Origin: Lachnospiraceae bacterium
GTDB lineage: Bacteria; Bacillota; Clostridia; Lachnospirales; Lachnospiraceae
DNA length: 64,000 nt
Direction of reading: 5' to 3'
NCBI GenBank assembly: GCA_045113775.1
Contig: JBGUJH010000018.1
Location: 6,034 to 70,033, forward strand
Shown here piece after piece: positions 59,140 through 64,000 of the stretch (the stretch's first letter is position 1; each line of letters begins with the position of its first letter). Made by a program: the position numbers and the translations under genes. Under the pieces are notes generated by a model. The model worked only from the letters and a program-made list of their open reading frames with translations. It made no database searches and was not told the origin of the DNA.

Positions 59140-60309
59140 ATGATACTGCAGAGCAGAAGAGTATGGATCCTGAATGAATGGATGGAAGTGCAGATTGAAT
59201 TCTCCGTTGAGACAGGGAAGATTGAAGGAATTCACCCGTATGGAGCGAAAACGGCGGATCTGGATTTTGGCGATCTGCGGGTCGTACCCGGATTTCTCGA
59301 TGTGCATACACACGGGGCTTATGGGGTCGATACGAATGACGCCGAAGAGGAAGGTTTGAAAAACTGGCTGAAAAACATCGTCAGCGAGGGCGTGACCGGT
59401 ATTCTCCCTACGACGATCACGCAGTCAGAAGAGGTGCTGACCAAGGCCCTGCAGAATGTCGCAAAAGTTGCACGGCAGCAGGATGAAGACCATGCGAGCG
59501 TGCCGGGGGCAGATATTCTGGGTATTCACTTTGAAGGACCGTATCTGAGCCGCAAATACAAGGGGGCACAGCCGGAAGAGTTCTGTGTCGCGTCGGATTT
59601 CGCTCAGTTCGAGCGGTATCTGGGAGCTTCTGACGGATTGATCCGCATTGTGACTATGGCCTGCGAACTGGATGAGGGGTATGAGATGACGCGATTTCTG
59701 AATGGAAACGGAATCGTGGTATCTCTTGGCCACTCGTCGGCGACTTACGCCGAGGCTGCTATGGCTTTTGCGAACGGGGTACGAAGCGTGACGCATGTCT
59801 ATAACGGCATGGCGCCATTTCATCACAGGGATCCCGGGATCCCCGGAGCTGCTTTACGCTTCCGGGATGTGTTCGGAGAGATCATCTGCGACGGACTTCA
59901 TTCTGACTGGGCTGCAGTGAATGCTTTCTTTACATGCAAAGGACCGGATCACGGGGTGATGATCTCGGACGCGCTCCGATTTAAGGGGCTGCCCGCCGGA
60001 ACGCGGATGCTGTTCGGCGGAAATCTCGTGGAACTTTACGAGGATGGCAGCGCGCATCTGGTTGGTTCGGGAACACTTGCCGGTTCCACGCTCAGGATTA
60101 ATGAGGGGCTTAGAAATCTGGTCGAGAAAGCCGGTGTACCGTGGCAGACAGCTATCAATTCGTGCACGATCAATCCCGCGCGGCTGATCGGTGTGGAGCG
60201 AGTTAAAGGCTCTCTTCAGACTGGGAAAGACGCTGATATGGTGGTCCTTGGGGAGGATTATTCTGTGGTAGAGACGTTTTGCCGGGGTGTTTCAAGGAGA
60301 CTTTTCTGA
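59140..60309 (+). CDS. nagA: N-acetylglucosamine-6-phosphate deacetylase
   Basis: PGFLDVHTHG, HFEGPY, GHS.A, THVYNGM, DGLH, SDA, LAGS. Confidence 0.93.
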   Translation: MILQSRRVWILNEWMEVQIEFSVETGKIEGIHPYGAKTADLDFGDLRVVPGFLDVHTHGAYGVDTNDAEEEGLKNWLKNIVSEGVTGILPTTITQSEEVLTKALQNVAKVARQQDEDHASVPGADILGIHFEGPYLSRKYKGAQPEEFCVASDFAQFERYLGASDGLIRIVTMACELDEGYEMTRFLNGNGIVVSLGHSSATYAEAAMAFANGVRSVTHVYNGMAPFHHRDPGIPGAALRFRDVFGEIICDGLHSDWAAVNAFFTCKGPDHGVMISDALRFKGLPAGTRMLFGGNLVELYEDGSAHLVGSGTLAGSTLRINEGLRNLVEKAGVPWQTAINSCTINPARLIGVERVKGSLQTGKDADMVVLGEDYSVVETFCRGVSRRLF

Positions 60310-60422
60310 CACATTCCAGCCGCATTCCTGCTGTTATCGGGTAACGCAGGGGTACGCCCTGCCGGTCTCGCGGCCCTGTACCTTCTGGTGACTCGCGGTA
60401 AGGAGCTGCTCCAGCCGGAGCG

Positions 60423-60713
60423 GTTGGAACATAAGCTGTAAATTAGAGGTGCCGGCCTCCATGAGAATTTGCCTTTAGGGCTGAAAACTCTTTAAATCGA
60501 CCTTGTTTCCGAACAAGTTGGACTGTAATCACAAAAAATGGGGAGATGGCCTCCATTAGCCGGTGTTATCGGACCGGCTGATGGAGGCCATCTCCCTCAT
60601 TTTCTATAATATGATCCAACTGTACAGAGAATTCGGGAAAAAGAGTCAGATTTGCAGTATTCCTGAAATTCCCATGGGGGCCGAAAACTCAACTCTAACC
60701 TGAATAGTCCAAC
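60423..60713. repeat. Mirror-symmetric element of four GTTGGA-N26-GCCYCCAT units (copy B)
   Basis: Forward units at 60423 and 60517, reverse units ending 60620 and 60713. Confidence 0.8.
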
Positions 60714-60817
60714 AAGGCAGATTCAGGTAATCATTCATTCCAAGGACAGGGCTCCCTTCACGAATGCCAAGGGCGTATCAGAAGAAATGTCCCATTTCAC
60801 ATTGGAATAATTCCTTT

Positions 60818-62143
60818 TCAGTCCTTGCTCTCCACACGAACCCTTCCCTCATGAAGCTTTTCCGAGAAGAACTCCTTCACGGAGCATCCGGCGCGGCCGG
60901 AAGAAGCGCACGCGCAAGCGCAAGCGCAGCTGGAAGCGCATGCACAGCTGGAGGCGCAGGAAGAAGCGCATGAGGAAGCACAGGAAGAGCGGGGCCTGGA
61001 GCTTCCTGAACGGCGCGAGCCGCCGCTTGACCGGCGGGAGCTGCCTGAACGGCGTGATCCGCCTGAATGGACGACGGGAACAGTGATCACGTTCACGTTG
61101 ATGTAGGTATTGGGGCTGCTTCCATATCGATAGGTTCCGGCTTTTCTGTAATTGTCGGGCTTTTCCAGATCCTTTTCTTCGACGATCTCCTTGCTCTTGA
61201 TCATACTGCGGCCGCAATAGGGGCACTCGTCCTTGCCTTCTATGCGCCCGGCGCCGCAGCTGGGGCAGGTCTCATAGTATTCGATCTTGGTGCGGACGAT
61301 CTTCTTTTCGGTGGCATTTTCAGTGGCGCTTCCGAAACCGAGTCCTTCGCCGATCCAGCGGATGAACCGGACGATCGCGATGATGGGAAGCACAAAGAAG
61401 AAGATCAGCACGAACAGGCCGCCGATAATGGCAAACCAGTCGTCCTCCTCCTCTACGTATCCGCCGCTTGTGCCTGAGCCGCCTCCGTCAGCCTGGCGGT
61501 CTTCAGAGAAAGCAAAGGCGTCGTTGGGATAGGCTACAGTGATCGTGTAGCGATCACCCGCAGAGAGTGAGGCCGAGAAGACCAGGTAGCCGTTTTCCTG
61601 TATGCAGTCGGGCTGCCAGGCGCCGGCTTTGTCCGCGTTCCACTTAATAGTCAGGTCCTTGACTTCGATCCCGTCGAACCAGGCTGGCGTGTAGATGAAA
61701 GCCGTCTCCCCTTCCGCGAACCGGTCGATCTGGTACATGTGATCCTGGACAAAGGAGAACTCGAAGCTCACCACTTCATCCTCGTAATAGCTCTGGTCCA
61801 GATAGACGGCCAGGGTCGATCCCTTGTCTTCAATGCGGCTGATGGTGCTGCTCAGGGCTTTCACGTCGGAGTGGTTTTTATTGGGAACGCCGATATCCAC
61901 CCATTCGAGAGGACCATAAGTCTGATCGTCCAGCACTTTCCAGTCAATGTGGTAGGTCATGAGCAGGGAGGCGTCCTCCTGCACGTCTACCGTGATAATA
62001 AAGTGCTCGATCTCATCAGTGGGCTCAGCGGCTCTGACAGTCATAGCGAACGGAGCGGTAAAGCCCAGTACCAGCGCAAGGAGAAGAGCTGTTATAAGCG
62101 ATATTTTGGCAAAAGACAGTAAGCGTATCTTATTTGATCTCAT
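60818..62143 (-). CDS. Exported/membrane protein (DUF2207-like ectodomain, single TM, Zn ribbon) with Cys-rich C-terminal tail
   Basis: Signal peptide ending VRA-A, beta-rich domain, TM WFAIIGGLFVLIFFFVLPII, CPSCG...CPYCG, S/G/R linker, SSCASSC...CACACAC..GRAGC; ATG at 62143 after gaggagg. Confidence 0.8.
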   Translation of the reverse strand: MRSNKIRLLSFAKISLITALLLALVLGFTAPFAMTVRAAEPTDEIEHFIITVDVQEDASLLMTYHIDWKVLDDQTYGPLEWVDIGVPNKNHSDVKALSSTISRIEDKGSTLAVYLDQSYYEDEVVSFEFSFVQDHMYQIDRFAEGETAFIYTPAWFDGIEVKDLTIKWNADKAGAWQPDCIQENGYLVFSASLSAGDRYTITVAYPNDAFAFSEDRQADGGGSGTSGGYVEEEDDWFAIIGGLFVLIFFFVLPIIAIVRFIRWIGEGLGFGSATENATEKKIVRTKIEYYETCPSCGAGRIEGKDECPYCGRSMIKSKEIVEEKDLEKPDNYRKAGTYRYGSSPNTYINVNVITVPVVHSGGSRRSGSSRRSSGGSRRSGSSRPRSSCASSCASSCASSCACASSCACACACASSGRAGCSVKEFFSEKLHEGRVRVESKD

Positions 62144-63540
62144 TAGCAATACCTCCTCAGGGGGCACTCGCCTGTCATTCCGGCGGAGAAGTCGCGGCGG
62201 GTCTTACAGGTCTCACTGTTCCAGATGTCCTTCCACTCGTCGGTGAGCATATTGCCCAGCGGTTTGTCATCAAGCCAGCTCTGGCAGGGCACCACATTGC
62301 CTCCGGGCGTGACCGCCATGTTGGAGAGGCAGGCGCCGCAGGAAGGAGACGGGATGTTCAGCTCTTCAAAGATCTGATCGTCGAGCCAGCCGGGGGAAGT
62401 GAAGGCGATCTCCATTCCGTGTTCGTGGCAGTAGGTGACGGAACTGCGCAGGATCTCTTCCAGCTCTTCGCTGCTGAGCTGCAGTGCTTCCGACTCGGGC
62501 TGCGCAGCGCCTCCCGTAGTGATCAGGCCTGAGCAGGTCACGTAGATTACGCCGAGTTCGTGCAGAAGTTCCAGGGTCTTTTTATAATCCCGGTTGAGCG
62601 TGCACAGAGGAGTGTTTATGCTCACGGACAAGCCTGCTTCCAGAGCATTTTTGATCCCTGCAAAAGTCTCTGCATAGCGGGCCGCGCCGACCAGCCTGTT
62701 GTGTATTTCGGGTTCAGCCGAGTAGAAGGTGATCTGCACGCTGTCAAGTTCTGCCTCGCGGAGTTTTTCACAATACTTCGGGGTGAGACGGATCCCGTTG
62801 GTGTTGAGACGGGAGATGAACCAGCGGGCATGGCGGATGAGTTCGATCAGGTCCTCCCGCATAGTGGGCTCGCCTCCGGTAAAGGTCACCTGCGGGATAC
62901 CGGCATTGCGGCAGATATCCAGGATCCTTTTCCAGTCGGCGGTGGAGAGCTCTTCTTCTTCGGAAAGTGTCTGTCCGGCGGCGTAGCAGTGCACACATTT
63001 CTGGTTGCAGTGCCAACGGCCGTTTTTGGTCATGGCGCTGACCATCAGGTCCATCCGGTGAGGCGCCTGCATGAGGGGCGCGTAATCGCCGATGCTCATG
63101 AAATATACATCCGTAGTCACTTCTTCCCGGTAAGCAATCTGGCTGATCGTCGTATAGATGGTCTGCAGGTCGTTCACAATCCGATCTCTGGAATAGCGGG
63201 GAAGGATCTGCGTTACATTGTCTGCTGTGCGGTCCAAAATACTCTGAATATCCGCTTCTCCGATCTCCCTGCCGTCATAGTGGTTAGTCACGCGTATGAG
63301 TTCCGCCAGCATGACTGCCCAGATAAAATTGACCGGAAGGATATCCGTGCCGTTGATGATGGCGACGCTGGGATTCAGGGCGTCTTCCTCCGGCTTGGGG
63401 GGAATCAGGTGGACTCGGATGGCACCGGGGCCATCGGGATTCAAAGTCGTATGCAGGACTTCACTGAAAGCAAAATTCATGTAGGCCTTCAGATTTTTGG
63501 CCGTCTTGGTTCTGCGGAATAGGAAGGGGATCTTTGCCAT
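62143..63540 (-). CDS. Radical SAM protein with SPASM/Twitch-type C-terminus
   Basis: CNQKCVHC, TFTGGEP, LNTNG, CGAC..NMAVTPGGNVVPC..W....LGN......DIWNS. Confidence 0.92.
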   Translation of the reverse strand: MAKIPFLFRRTKTAKNLKAYMNFAFSEVLHTTLNPDGPGAIRVHLIPPKPEEDALNPSVAIINGTDILPVNFIWAVMLAELIRVTNHYDGREIGEADIQSILDRTADNVTQILPRYSRDRIVNDLQTIYTTISQIAYREEVTTDVYFMSIGDYAPLMQAPHRMDLMVSAMTKNGRWHCNQKCVHCYAAGQTLSEEEELSTADWKRILDICRNAGIPQVTFTGGEPTMREDLIELIRHARWFISRLNTNGIRLTPKYCEKLREAELDSVQITFYSAEPEIHNRLVGAARYAETFAGIKNALEAGLSVSINTPLCTLNRDYKKTLELLHELGVIYVTCSGLITTGGAAQPESEALQLSSEELEEILRSSVTYCHEHGMEIAFTSPGWLDDQIFEELNIPSPSCGACLSNMAVTPGGNVVPCQSWLDDKPLGNMLTDEWKDIWNSETCKTRRDFSAGMTGECPLRRYC

Positions 63541-63597
63541 TGTGTCCTTTCTGCCCTGTAGCGCCGGGCCGGCGCGGCTGTCTGATGTGATCTGTTC

Positions 63598-64000
63598 TTA
63601 CTCTGACTCTGCAGCGATCTTCTCCCGTGACCAGTCATCGACCAGAGCACGGAGCTGCTTCAAATACTCGGAGAACTGCATATTCTCCTGTCCGTATTTA
63701 AACTGCAGGTCATATTCCAGAGGAAGCCAGGTCCTGATGTCCGACTCGTTGTGGGAGATCAGTGCTTCCAGCTTATCAAGCGCCTTGTAGAGTTTAGACT
63801 CTCTGGTCTCAAGCGCTTCCATTTCACTCAGGAGCTGAGTCCATTCTGAGCGCTGCGGCTCCGGAAAAGTGTGCACCCAGTTGCCGAGGAGGTCGTCCTC
63901 CATTCCGGCGTCATCTTCGGTCTTCTCGAAAGTCGGGATGTCGCCGGTGAAAGATTCCCCGAGGTCATGGATCAGGCACATCCGGATTACTTTGTTCATG
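63598..64000 (-). CDS. HD-domain hydrolase (YfbR/HDDC2-like), 5'-truncated by window edge
   Basis: MCLIHDLGES.TGDIP, ALDKLEA. Confidence 0.85.
   Translation of the reverse strand, partial: MNKVIRMCLIHDLGESFTGDIPTFEKTEDDAGMEDDLLGNWVHTFPEPQRSEWTQLLSEMEALETRESKLYKALDKLEALISHNESDIRTWLPLEYDLQFKYGQENMQFSEYLKQLRALVDDWSREKIAAESE

Noticed and set aside
38423-60423. Copies A and B of the palindromic element start exactly 22,000 bp apart
   Set aside because: No mechanism is evident; treated as coincidence.
60900-60990. Cys tail as a mere DNA microsatellite or artefact
   Set aside because: Synonymous codons vary while the Cys/Ala/Ser pattern is kept, pointing to protein-level selection.
62144-62167. 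Longer start (62167) for the Cys-tail protein
   Set aside because: The gaggagg RBS and TAATG coupling support 62143.
1-64000. tRNA, rRNA, intact transposase, integrase or prophage genes
   Set aside because: None were recognisable by eye; a covariance-model scan was not possible.

Overview
This looks like a Firmicute (probably Lachnospiraceae/Eubacteriales-like) chromosomal segment; the taxonomy is inferred from gene content. About 0.5-51 kb is a large glycoside-catabolism island. It carries three separate C-glycoside deglycosidase alpha/beta gene pairs (two DfgA/DfgB-like, one divergent), three GPH sugar transporters, three ~800-aa AraC-GH39-like fusion regulators and three Gfo/Idh/MocA oxidoreductases. 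It also has two GH3, a GH35-like, GH43, GH106-like and GH2 beta-glucuronidase enzyme, an esterase, a sugar ABC transporter and an embedded L-arabinose operon. A 27-bp dyad (TGCAAC-N15-GTTGCA) recurs upstream of about nine of these transcription units and suggests one regulon. The rest (51-64 kb) holds mnmA, a disrupted M4 peptidase, an RpiB-family isomerase, S41 and S51 peptidases, bcp and nagA. It ends with a minus-strand HD-domain / radical SAM-SPASM / membrane protein cluster in which the rSAM gene is translationally coupled to a protein ending in a 10-Cys SSCACACAC tail, a candidate undescribed protein-modification system. Intergenic DNA holds several fixed-spacing palindromic arrays, including three dispersed copies of a GTTGGA-N26-GCCYCCAT mirror-symmetric element. 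All family calls come from motif recognition by eye; no database search was run.
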